Of a DNA stretch of 32,014 nucleotides, positions 20,746 to 32,014 are shown piece by piece (position 1 is the first letter of the stretch; every line of letters starts with the position of its first letter). The DNA is taken from assembly GCA_051294375.1 (NCBI GenBank), contig JBJCIZ010000514.1:1-32014 (forward strand), written 5' to 3'. Source of the stretch: Paraspadella gotoi. Its lineage: Eukaryota > Animalia > Chaetognatha. The position numbers and the translations under genes are program-made. The notes beneath the pieces were generated by a model that had not been told where the DNA came from, ran no database searches, and was given only the letters and a program-made list of their open reading frames with translations.

Positions 20746-21327
20746 CGTTAGATCCAAAGACTCGCGAATCGTGATATTTGAGTTCGAACTTTACCGTTTG
20801 GATCATTTCGTCATTCGTGCTTTAGTTTATTCATTGGTTTTGAGTTTATACTGATTTTTGTAATTCTTTTGAGTGTTTAAATAATGATTTTTGATATTAT
20901 TTTGTGTACTGTTTGAATATCTATATGCTTTGATTATTTTATTAAGGTACCCTTTTTAAACTCTTCATAAACTCGTAGAGATAAAGAGACTATTTGATCG
21001 TCGATCTGCTCAAGACACCAAATCATGCCTTTGAATCATCTCTGGACTACCGAAGCATCTCGCCGGGGTTGAGGAGTTTCCTCAAATATTCTTCGAATAT
21101 TCTCGGGGGCGTTTTAGGAGGAGGACGGACCGGCGGGTCCTAACACCTAACCACCTTTAACCCAATTGTTAACCGTTTAAAAAATAAAATATAAAAATAG
21201 CAATTGAATTAAAATTAAAACAATTATTTGAACAAATAATACAAAGTATGCATAAAATTTTTTTTTCAACTAAAGAAAAATGAAGAAATAAAAAAAAGTA
21301 TATAATAAAGGGAAAACAAAATCAAAT

Positions 21328-21619
21328 GGATTAACTACCGACCGTTGATAGCTAAGGTTGGTTGCAGACATTGAATAGTAAAGATAATAATAAAGATATT
21401 TATTATTTGTTGATATTTATTGATTTTAACAGTACATGGGCACAATAAAAATATATATATATTCAGTGTTAGGATTGCAATCCCTTTTTGGAATAATTTT
21501 ATGGTTAAAAGGGTTTAACGTTAGAATAATTAAGTTATATTTTTTTAATAAATAAGTATTTTTAAATAACTTTTCAAAAGACGCCAAAATCCCGGTCGGC
21601 GAAAGTAAAATTTTGCCCC
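21328..21619 (-). mobile_element. Inverted copy of the GTCGGCGAAAG-TIR MITE
   Basis: GACGCCAAAATCCCGGTCGGCGAAAGTAAAATTTTGCCC at 21580-21619 is the inverse of the left end seen at 19200. The far end is degenerate. Confidence 0.65.
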
Positions 21620-23039
21620 TCAAAGGTTTAAAAAGGAAGGACCGGCGGGTCCTAACAAACCCACGAAAATAATATTTAATTATTGATTAAAAAATAATTA
21701 AAAAAAGTATCTTACCTAAGCCTCAAGAAGATAGTAAATTTCAACAAGAAAAATGCAGATAATGAATGCAGAAAAGATCAGGAATGAACGATTGATCCAA
21801 GCGATGATAAAATGAAGTCGAAATACGGATTATGCGTTTGAAGTTTACAGTTTGAAGTAGAATTTTCGAAGAAAAAAAAATGGCGTCATATTCTGCACGT
21901 GTGGGTTGCTATTTTGTTCTCATTTGTTGAAAAGAGAGAGAATAGGTTCGACTTCTCAATCTGAACGTTGTAAATGCAGCCTCTCCTAAAATTTTCAACA
22001 AGCGAATCCAAAAGAGTGTAAAGTGAGGAAATTTTCGAAACAATCACAATTATCATAACTCTTGAAAATTGTTCATAATGGCACATAACTTTTGATTTTC
22101 GTTGTGTATAAATAAAAAAAACGGTTTTATTCGCTATCCTTAACCTGCCTTTCTTAATGTCTGATTAAATATTAATTACAAATTTATTATAATCTCCGTA
22201 GCTTACGTATCTGTTGTTTCCGCCCGCCGCTGTATCATTTTTCCCATTGTGCGCATGGTATTTTAAGACATTAATGAGCATTTATTTCATTTTGAACAAA
22301 TTTATTTAAGAATAGTTTCTGACAAAAATATTTAAAATTATTATTTATTTTATCACTTTAAAATATTTTACGGTGCCTATATTTAAGTTCTAGGAAAATG
22401 AATGAACTGCTCAATAGGTCTGCTGAATGCTAGTCTTGCAACTACAGTTTACAAAGACAGTATACATGTAGCATCTACCAAAATATAAACAAAAACTTTC
22501 TGCGCTTTTATAACGCTGAACCAAGATGCCTTAACATGTTAAATAGCCTAATCACTTGTAATTGAAGATACGTTATTCAATGCGAATTATTTGTATGTTA
22601 CTTTACTAGTGTATTATGATATTTTAAATAAATACGAAAAATGATCATAATATAGTAGTCTTGATGAATTATGTATAACGTAGAGATAGTTTATACGACA
22701 TAATTATTTAGTAGCAGATGATGATTGGTATTTCATCACGAAGGAAGTAGGCTTGTTAATTGAGGAGAAAATTAAGTGAGTTTTAATTAAACATTAACCA
22801 TACGAGGAAGATTACGATAATTATCTTCCCTGCCGTCGATTTCATCAGAAGTCGGAAAACCCAGAGAGCAAACCATTTGGTCTATCAGATCCATCTACTG
22901 GTTCCATATTCCTGCGATGTCTATGTATATATCATAATAAATTAATAAATAGTAAAATTTTATATTTTTAATAAAAGTAATTGTCTAAAATCCCATTCTG
23001 TATGGAACGGAATCATGACAATTTTAGCAAAAAAAAAAA

Positions 23040-23790
23040 AAGAGGAAAGGAAGAAGGCGAAATTATTGCCGAGGGAACATGGAGGAGAGTAGCTGGCAGG
23101 AGGAAAGATCACCGACGCACGAATTTGAAAGACTAGTACAAAGGAAGTTTGGGTTTAAATGGAAGGCTTGTACAAAGGAGGAAGAGATATGCGGCGAATA
23201 TTGGAGAAGGAGAAAGAAGGGAGGAGGTGAAGAAGAGGGAGAAATCGAAAAAAAGAATTGTGATAAGTGGAAAAAGAATTGGGGAGGAAAGAAGACGCCC
23301 GAAGAGAGGAAAGAAAGAGAAAGCTGAGAAAAAGAATGCAGAGAAGGAAGCCGAAATCTCTCGCCTAGAAAGCTTGAAGGAGAGGGAGGCGGAGATTCAA
23401 CCGGCTGAAGGAGCAGGTACAGACACTCACAGGCCGAGACAAAAAAGGCCAAGGCCGTGCGCGAAAGAAATAAGAATAAAGGGAGGGAGGAAAGGGGGAA
23501 GAATTGAGGAAGGAACCGCGGAACTGAAAAAGAGGGTCATGAAGAAATGAAGAAAGCGAAGTGAGGAAGAAGGAACAGTCGGGAAGATGGAAAAGGAGAA
23601 AGAAAAGAAAATAAGAGAAAATTGACAGAAAATCAACAAGACGTTATTGGCAAGGAGCCCTGTTGATGCAGCTACAAAAGGACCCGAACGAAAAGGAGAC
23701 TCGGTTTCGATCGCAACACTGGCTAGGGAACCGACATCTCAAAGATACGAACTCTACAAATCACTGGGTTTCGAATTTAGAAACTGAAAT
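23040..23790 (+). pseudogene. Purine-rich, Lys/Glu/Arg-rich coiled-coil-like coding remnant
   Basis: Overlapping + ORFs 23079..23327 and 23149..23550 are charged and broken by frameshifts and stops. No family recognised. Confidence 0.35.
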
Positions 23791-25937
23791 ACAGTTTGTT
23801 TTGTGTTAACAACAAAAATTGTGTTGAAATTCGAAATTTTTTGATGATACTCTGTTTAATATAGGTAAAATTTTTAACGTTATGATCAATGAGGCAATCA
23901 CTCAAATCATAAAGTTTTAGCAGCTTACACGCCGGGAGAAAAAACGGGACAAGATAGCGTTTTTGCTGTGGCCCGGACAAACGAGGTGGCGAAACGGCGA
24001 TATGCTAAGAAGCTGGAGAATTTAAATTTGCGACTGGGATTAAAATTAATGAAATGAATAAATTAATAATATTCCATTTAAATAAATGAAAAAATTGAGA
24101 TAAAATAAATTGCATTGTGGGTAGAAAATGTAGAAAATGTTATTATTTTCTATGCGCTCGAGGGTCGCGCGTTTCCGATTCGTTTTGAACTGGCTTTAAC
24201 TGAAGCAAGCATTTTTCTAAATTTCGAATGACGTAAATGTCGAATAAATGACGAATGAATCGTGAATAAAAGAAGTAGAAATCAATGGCGAAATCGATGT
24301 CGTATAAATAAATTTGTGTAGAAAATCCTTGATTCCGTAAAACATAACAGCCGATCTTTTTCCTGAAAAGGTCAACTAAATGACCAGGGAAAAAATACCG
24401 ACGCGAGTCACCAAAATCTTTCCAATTGAAGTAAATAAATTTTAAAGTATGTACTGAATTAATAAATTGGAACAAATTTAAGCAATTTAATTTCATTAAA
24501 GAAATTAAATGAAATAATGTTGTGGAGAAATCTTATAATTTGACTCAGCAAACGCAAGCCGATTTGGCGAAGATAAAAATTAATATAAAAAAAATTATGA
24601 AGAACTATTAATAGTCAGAAGTCAGAAAAATACTGCTATATTAGAATATTGTTCTGACATCTGTAATAATATCTGATCCGTAAATATTTGTTATACTACA
24701 ACAAAATATTATTATTATTTATTTAATATTATAGCAAGTAAATAAAATAAGTCTTTTTGTCATCAAAATCTAATTGAACTAGTAAAGTAAGCTCATTTAT
24801 AAGGGGGCCTGTTGATCGAATGTAAAAAAAAAGATCAATAGACTCGCATACGTAAATAAACATTTTGCTCTCTGTTCAAGGCACGGAATCTTTTTTCCAA
24901 CCACTAATGTTTAGACATTTGGGTGGTTGGACGAGGATCCCTTCGCCTTTCTTAAGCCCATCGCCCACTAACATTTTGCAAGATTGGATAGGGGGAACAT
25001 AAACGCCTTGGAGTGGCAAAACACTTCTTTGCAACGGCTTATCCGTTTAGCGTTACAAATGGGAAAACACCGGATACTGCTAATAAAGCGTTGACGGCGA
25101 ACCTACGCTAAAGGCTTGATATAAACAAGTTTAACTGTTTCTTTCCATAATAAATAAACAAAATAAATAAAATAAAATTACATGTAAATTACTTCAAATT
25201 AAATAAAAATCAAACCTCGATACTCTATTCGTATTTGACTTTGCTCCTCGCACATTCATTATTCACAATTGTTATGGCATTTCATTCTCGCGAACACAAT
25301 AAAATGTTCCATTCGTTTCTTTTCCAGAAAAAAATTTGTACAAAGAAAAAAAGTGTAAACGGTGTCGTCGATGCCGAATTTCCTTTTGTTATTGTTTTGT
25401 TTTGAACTTTCGAGAACTAAACATCTGTTAGAATTGTAATCTGTATCACACATTTCCTGTGATTTTTCAAGTAAAATATTTTTTTATAATGGACTTGGAC
25501 GATCAAATAACAATTTTATGAAGATGCAAGTTCTTTTAATTGTGATTTTTTTTTATTTTTTCATTTGGCGCGCATTCATGTCGTCCATTTCTGTGATTCT
25601 CCGTATTTTGATTTATACTTTTATACCTTTTAGACGACCAGTCTACGCTCATTTAATTTTGTTGTCTTTTTACTTTCCATGAAGAAAAAAAAATTTTATG
25701 GTGGTAACCTGCTGAGTGGTTGGTAGCTGTAGTATTTTCGGTAGATTATATAACGTTTCATGGATTGAGTAATGAGTAAACCATGTGATGTAATCTTCCT
25801 TTGTGTTTATCACTTTATGTAATGATTTTATGCCTTAAACTGATTTCATTAACTGATTTTTATCCTTTTTCCACTTTCTCGATATGCTTCACGATCGCTT
25901 TAAATTTTCGTTATAGGCAAATTTATTCAAAGTAACA

Positions 25938-26300
25938 ATGAAACGGCGAAAGTCAAAAACTACGCGGTCGTCTTCACCTTCTCAAGACTACTTCCAACTT
26001 AGTGGAGAACTGAAAATACTTTTAAAAAAATGCGAAGCTGTCAATGACGTGACAACAGTTAAACTTTTGAGTGATTATATTTCAAATGACAGAAACAATG
26101 CCGACATGTCGATAAGCAATTTATTCCCTTGGCAGCTGCAGCAGTAAGAAATCTGGTCAGGTATGCTTGTGCTTTGAAACTATGGTATTATTATCGAAAA
26201 TTCTTTTTTTTTGTATTTTTAATTTTTTTTCAGAAATGTGAATGGAAGGGGCGCCTTACATTTTTTATTAATCAAATCGAGAGGCATCTAATTATGTATA
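25938..26300 (+). pseudogene. Possible decayed spliced gene, perhaps a MULE-type zinc-finger N-terminus
   Basis: Good intron CAG|GTATGC (26161) to TTTTCAG| (26233). The joined reading CSSKKSGQ-KCEWKGRLTF needs a frameshift from the ATG ORF. Confidence 0.3.
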
Positions 26301-26368
26301 AACAATGGGGAACATTTTTTACTATTTTTAAGTTTTTAACAATTTTAAAATATTTAATAATAATATAT

Positions 26369-27129
26369 TATGGCAACAGCCGGGTTGCCTGTGATGCCCA
26401 TTGGGATGGGGCATCTCACTGTTGGCTTTTGGGGAGCTTCACGACCCTGCAGTGACGCTCCAGTCACTGCGCGGTTACCTAGGACGGTCTGCGCTTTGCC
26501 AACGCAGAGGGAAGTCGTTAGGACTGTGGAAGGAACACTACGCTGGGAATGGTGTGTTCCCCTCTGAGCCATGGATTTGGCTGACGATGGTGGACGTGAG
26601 GCGGTGTGAATATACCGCCAACAGGATCCCCGGCAAGACATCACTCAGGTTCCTCAAGCCTGAGAGGTGTCTGACAAGACTGCTACCAATAGTGGGAGAG
26701 AGAGAGAGCGCGAGTTGTGGGGGCATAGGCGTTTGGTCATAGCGGTACCCAGGGGCATAGGCGTTTGTCGTAGCGTCCCCAAAGTCGGCATGGTTGGCAA
26801 TAGGCGTTTGTCGTAGCGTAACCCTGAGAGGTTGCGTGTTAGATAGTAATGGCTCACCAGCTTATGGCAACAGCCGCGGGTTGCCCTGTGATGGCCATTG
26901 GGATGGGGGCATCTCACTGTTAGGCTTTGGGGCTTCCGACCCTCAGTGACGCCTCCAGTCACTGCGCGCGGTTACCCTAGGACGGTCTGCGGCTTTGCAA
27001 CGCAGAGGGAAGTTTGTTAGGACTCGTGGAAAGGAACACTACGCCTGGGATGGTGTGTTCCCCTCTTGAGCCAATGGGATTTGGCTGACGGATGGTGGAC
27101 CGTGAGGCGGTGTGAATATAGCCGCCACA
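26369..27129 (-). mobile_element. Complete 761-bp non-coding LTR element (TRIM-like 2)
   Basis: Direct repeats 26369-26623 and 26863-27129 (minus strand TGTGGC...GCCATA). ATATAT flanks both sides (26363-26368, 27130-27135). PBS-like TGGTGAGCCA at 26859-26850, short GGGGA before the 3' LTR, 239-bp interior. Confidence 0.9.
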
Positions 27130-28182
27130 ATATATCTATTTCTATCTAGCTAGTTTTTTTAAATTTTTAAGACATCAAAAGACCAACCTAAAAACTATCG
27201 TTTTGGCGAGGTATGTTATTGTTAATGTTGGTCTTTTGGAAAGGAAGGTTAAATTTCATTTTCACCGCTACTTTTCTAAATAGATATATCCATAATATCG
27301 CATATACAATTTCTGTAGAAAGTCATTATTGGAATCTCATAAATACCTATTAGACATAAATAATTAATAATTAAATACATAAATAAATAATTTCTTAGGG
27401 ACTTGGGTTATATAGATAAGAACATTTCAAAAATATATAAAGCTTGCATTTTTCTGTTGGGACAGGCTAACTATACTATATGGGGGTAGGGTAATCTGAT
27501 GTAAGGTCAAAAACGTCGCAACCTCGATATCGCGTTGACTACCAGTGCCTGAATGAAGCATTTATAGGATTATTTTAGAATTTCCCATAAATTTTTTGTA
27601 AGTTATTATTATCCAACTGAAATAAACAATAATTAATTAGTTTTTATTCTTTTTTTTACACCATTTTAAAGTAAGCAATTAATGATTGTACTTTAATATT
27701 TTTTTCTTCTTAAGCCTGAACGAGCATAATACCTCAAAAAAAGGGGTTTTTTTAAAAATTTTGTTAAAAATTTTAATTCTCGATTTTTTTGTAATCACTA
27801 ATTTTTAAATTTTGCAAACATTTAATTCAGAAATAAGTAAAAGTCCTTGGTTTGTTTGGCATTGTAAATTTTTATTTATCTCATAGTTAAATTATGGAAT
27901 TATGTTTCGACGAGGTCATATTTCATCAAGCATAAATTAAAATTTTTTGGAGAGCATGGTTTGAGAAGAGAAAAAAAGAGGAGAGAGAGTGAGAGAGATG
28001 GAATGGTTTTCCTTTTCAATAACCATGTCTCGCCAAAACTTTTAATTAGTACTGATGAAAAACTGGTAATTCACCAAGACCCCTATTATCACAGTAGTTA
28101 TTTTTTAAATATTAAAAATAAATTCATAATATTTAATAGTAAAATTTGATGAATATCAATTTTCAAAAACTTCAGGAATTGA

Positions 28183-29175
28183 GTCAGATGTTAGGACAGG
28201 AGAAGTTGGTATGGGAAGGTGTATAAGGAAAGTGAGTAAATTGAGAATTGGTGAAAAAGAAAGAGAGAGAGAGAGAGATCAAGTAACATTTTGGCAATGT
28301 ACATAACAGTGAATATTGAAGTGATAAAACGAAAGTAACATCAAAGACCTTGAAAAAGCCCTCTTTTTGAACTGCGTGATGGAGGACGATTCGAATCTCC
28401 CTCAGCTATGATTTCGCTAATCAATAAAACTGTTGGTGGAGACCCAGACGCCTCCTCAGCCGGCTACGGTTGATTTCGCCCTGTCCCCCAATCAACGGGT
28501 GCAAGGCGGAGACTCCTAGGCAGGCAAATGAACATTGATGCCTCTCCTGAGCCTGCAGCAACTTGTCACTGTACTCTTCTTCGTGCTGAGGGCCGCCGCC
28601 AATAACGACGGCTGTAAAGGAGGAGAGGAATCTGTATGCTCCCGTTTCAAAATGGCCAGAACAGACAAATGCCCGCCTCACCATCAGGTGAGAGAGGCTC
28701 TAGGCAGGCCTATTCAGGCCAGAGAGATATACGAGTGGCACTTGGCATTTTTTCCAGCCGGATTCTTTTGACCAGACCCGAACCAATCCCACTATACAAC
28801 ATATATCCTCTCAGCCCATTACAGGCCAATGATCCGAGCACATCGTAAATGTCCCCTCATTTGCCCGGCCAGGGGGGGCCAAGCTCATTTTGAGGCTCTT
28901 TCTCATCTTATTTTTCTCTTAAACTTACTTAGCTTATCCTGCAGCAAACTTATTCTCTTTCATTTTCATTATTTCATTCTTTACTATTAAACCAAATTCT
29001 CACAAACGAACGATTTATTTATTATTAACTTATTGTTACTTTCGTTTTTTTCACTATCTATTCCTGTGTACATTGCCAAATGTATTGATCTCTCTCTCTC
29101 TTCTTTCTTTTTACCAATTCAAATTCACTCACTCTCCTTCCCTTCCCTCACTTTCTCCTAGTCCTAACATCTGAC
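28183..29175. mobile_element. Foldback element with about 150-bp diverged inverted arms around a GC-rich core
   Basis: 28183-28340 (GTCAGATGTTAGGAC..AGAGAGATCAA..TTTGGCAATGTACA..AAACGAAAGTAACA) is inverted at 29034-29175. Outer GA/CT tracts near 27961-28020 and 29200-29260 may extend the arms. Confidence 0.8.
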
Positions 29176-30915
29176 CCTGTCCTTTACTCAATTTTCTTTG
29201 TGGGAAACCTCTCTCTCTCTCTCCCTCAATATCCTCCCTCCTTCTCTCTCTCCCTTAAATCCGAATATAAAAAAGTTGTGAATTGTATCTTTTTCAATGC
29301 TGATAAAGACTCGAAAACTAGAAGTCGAAAACTTGTCCATTATATAAAAAAATAAAATGTTTGTTAAAGCGCAAAAAAATTTTGTTTTTCCCCTGCTAAT
29401 TATTTTTTTATTTAAAAATAAACAATGTTTTTAACCTTTGCATTGTGTAATAAACCAAATTATTTTTTATTGTCTTTTTAATAACTGAATTGGATTGTTT
29501 TTCAGTATCATTTACTTGAAAAATAATAATTAATAAAATAATAAATATAAAATTTTAAAAAGTTTTAAATGAAAGCAAAAAGTTTTATATTAAATATTTT
29601 TTATACATTTTTATACAATCTTAGCTTGAACTTTAACCTTTAAAAGTGATTGATAAAGTCAAAAACCAGGGAAAAAATGCTCCTTCTGGGCCCTGTTGTT
29701 TTTAAAACTGGTTTACTTAAAATTATGATAAATTATAAAAGTTTATATTAAATAAAAAGGTAATTTACTTTTTCTTTAGTTTTAAAAAAATCCATTTAAA
29801 TTAGAATAATGATTATTAAACGTTTTTAAAATGCTGGGAAAAATTGAAAATGCTCGTTCAGGGCCCGGTAGTCAAGCGATTTTCGACTAAACTGAGCAAT
29901 TTCGACCTCAACCATCATAATTTCCACCCCAAAATTGGTCTAATAAAGCCTGTTCCAACCATTAAAAATATAATTTTGAGTTTTTTTGAAAAGGTTTTTA
30001 TTATATATGATGATAATACGACTTTTGATACATTATTCTGTTAATGAATTTATTCAGATACCGTCTTTTCCTCTCGCATTGTTGAGTAATTTTAACGTAT
30101 ATTTCTTATTTCGAAGAACGGTTTCCCAGGAAAAGCCATCAATTGCAGATCAACCCTGCTCAACAACAAAATTCAAATTAACTGGGTCCAGATAAAAATC
30201 CGCGCTCTTGAAACAAATCGGCGGAGCTCAGATACGTGCTAAGAATGGCGTTGGCAGTCTTGGAAGGAGTAAGGAACATGCTTTTTCTGAATATGCTTCA
30301 AGGTATGTTCTTGTTATTTTTTGTGCGTGTATATCTTTTTGGTTCTTTATAAATCACTAACTAGTATGAAAACGATTGTTAAGTTTTACTCTTTTTGATA
30401 TCGTATTTAAAAATTTATTTAGAAAAAGCGGACACTTTGAAGGACAATCGAACGTCTTTTTCTTGCGAGAACAAACTCGGGTTTGATGTCACCTGCCACG
30501 GCGTTGCGGTGCTTGATGCAAGAAATAAGGAGGGGAATTATTTTTGTGGTAAAAAAATATCGTAAAATGAATTATATTTTAGCTATGTTAGAATTTTCCA
30601 ATACCTTAAGCCCGATTTAAGGTGTAATACTAAAGGAATTACGATACCATCTCGTAATATTATTTTTTCTAATTCTTTATTCGGCTCATGTAACAATTCC
30701 AGCGAAATATCAAGTTCAAGTGGCTGTTTTTATTATTCATTTTTTCCAGTTATGACCATAATTTCAAGTAAATAAATTGTATTCATTTGGACAATTATAT
30801 TTAATATTTTGTAATTAGTTTTTTTCATTTGTTTAATAAAATCATGAAAGCGATCCTTGCCTATTTTATAAGTTTAAGAATATATACAGAAATGAAATAA
30901 ACTAATGTAGGCCTA

Positions 30916-31549
30916 AAAATTTTACTTTCGCGACCGCAGTTATGGCGGTTTTTGAAAAATAATTTAAAAATATTTATTTAAAAATTTAAAAAAAAAAATT
31001 ATTTACCCTAACCTTAACCTTTTTAACCATACCACCTATAACCTTAAACCTACCTTTAAATACCCTAAATAACCTACCTTAAATAACCCTTTTTTAACCC
31101 CGGTCGGCGAAAGTAAAGTAACATTTTGTATAATATTATTTAGATTAGATTGTATTGAATTCAATATTAGAATTTTGGTGAAGGATTAATAAGTACGCAA
31201 TAATTAGCGTATTGTTATCGGTATCAGGGTTAATTTTTATTTTTACCGACTGGGGTTAAGGTTGAGAATGGGTTTGATGATTAAAGGTGGTTAACGTTAG
31301 GAGTGTGAGGGTAATTAAATAATTTTTTATTAATTTTTTTTTTAAAAATAAATATTTAAATTTTTTTTAAAATATTAAAACTTTTGTCGTAAAAATTAAA
31401 TTTTATTTTCGCCGACGGGAGGTTTAGCGTTTTAAAAAAACTATTAAATTTTGAAAAAAAATAAATTATTTAAATATTTTAATTTAAACTTTTTTAATTT
31501 TAAATTATTTTTAACCCCTAACCTCGGTCGGCGAAAGTAAAATTAACCC
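30916..31549. mobile_element. Cluster of three GTCGGCGAAAG-TIR MITE copies (+, -, +)
   Basis: TIR pairs at about 30916/31116, 31227/31402 (degenerate) and 31398/31549, each with an AT-rich half and a TAACC-rich half. Confidence 0.75.
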
Positions 31550-31550
31550 G

Positions 31551-31819
31551 TATGGTGGACTAAAATCCACCAACACGTTCACAGCGGCCATTGGTGCCCT
31601 GGAAGCAAGTCATTCGCCCTCCCAACCCCAAAAGGTCCGGGGTTTACCGTGTCGCCTTGCAGTAAGAGGACTGGGCGCGTACCGCCCGTAACACGGTACA
31701 ACCTGATCTCGAAGCTCGGACTGCTTATATTGAAATCGTTCTGTCATTAACACATTATCAATTAATTACTGTCTCTTCCCGTAATTTAGCCGATATCAGT
31801 TTTGTTCTAATTATTAACA
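31551..31819 (+). mobile_element. tRNA-like repeat, copy 3
   Basis: Colinear with the reverse complement of 12332-12607 from TATGGTGGACTAAAATCCACC to about ATTAAC. tRNA-like part 31584-31656. Confidence 0.8.
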
Positions 31820-32014
31820 ACCATTACGATACGATACATAATTCTAAATCCAAGTCGGTAGATTTGTAAACCGCTTAGGCGGAGGTAATGATTATGAAAA
31901 TTGAAAGAGAAAAGCGCCCGAGTCTTCCTCGGGGGCAGCGGACATTGTGAGCATGTGGAAAAAAAAATGCGTCAGAGCAGCAGCAGGAGCTGTGGTTTTT
32001 CTCACCAGGGTGCG

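Noticed and set aside
20960-21115. LINE ORF1-like peptide (IISGLP)
   Set aside because: A six-residue resemblance preceded by a stop is too little to support.
22400-25660. Coding-like stretches as endogenous viral or transposase remnants
   Set aside because: No motif recognised and frames are broken; a blastx search would be needed.
26354-26962. Five overlapping ORFs in the GC-rich element
   Set aside because: Open frames on both strands reflect high GC in the LTRs, with no gag or pol motifs.

Overview
AT-rich eukaryotic DNA, probably from an invertebrate animal given the short GT-AG introns and a metazoan UBR5-like fragment. I can support no intact protein-coding gene; nearly all ORF-track entries come from repeats or decayed sequence. 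The window is a graveyard of nested transposons. It holds a Penelope-type minimal hammerhead remnant beside a telomere-like (TTAGGG-variant) foldback array, two Helentron/DINE-like elements, several MITE families (TTAA/Kolobok-like, a MULE-like one with a 9-bp TSD, and a GTCGGCGAAAGTAAAATT-TIR family), and two miniature LTR elements (TRIM-like) sharing a TGGTGAGCC primer-binding site. It also holds three copies of a tRNA-like repeat, remnants of Chapaev-like, RTE-like and possibly THAP coding sequence, and isolated spliced-looking fragments of host genes (UBR5 HECT, possibly MCM4). The strongest leads are the hairpin-packed TRIM, the tRNA-like element with the same terminal hairpin geometry, the host-gene fragments, and the hammerhead next to the telomere-like array. 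All family calls are by eye and from remembered motifs; no search was run. Parts of the sequence look like noisy long-read consensus.
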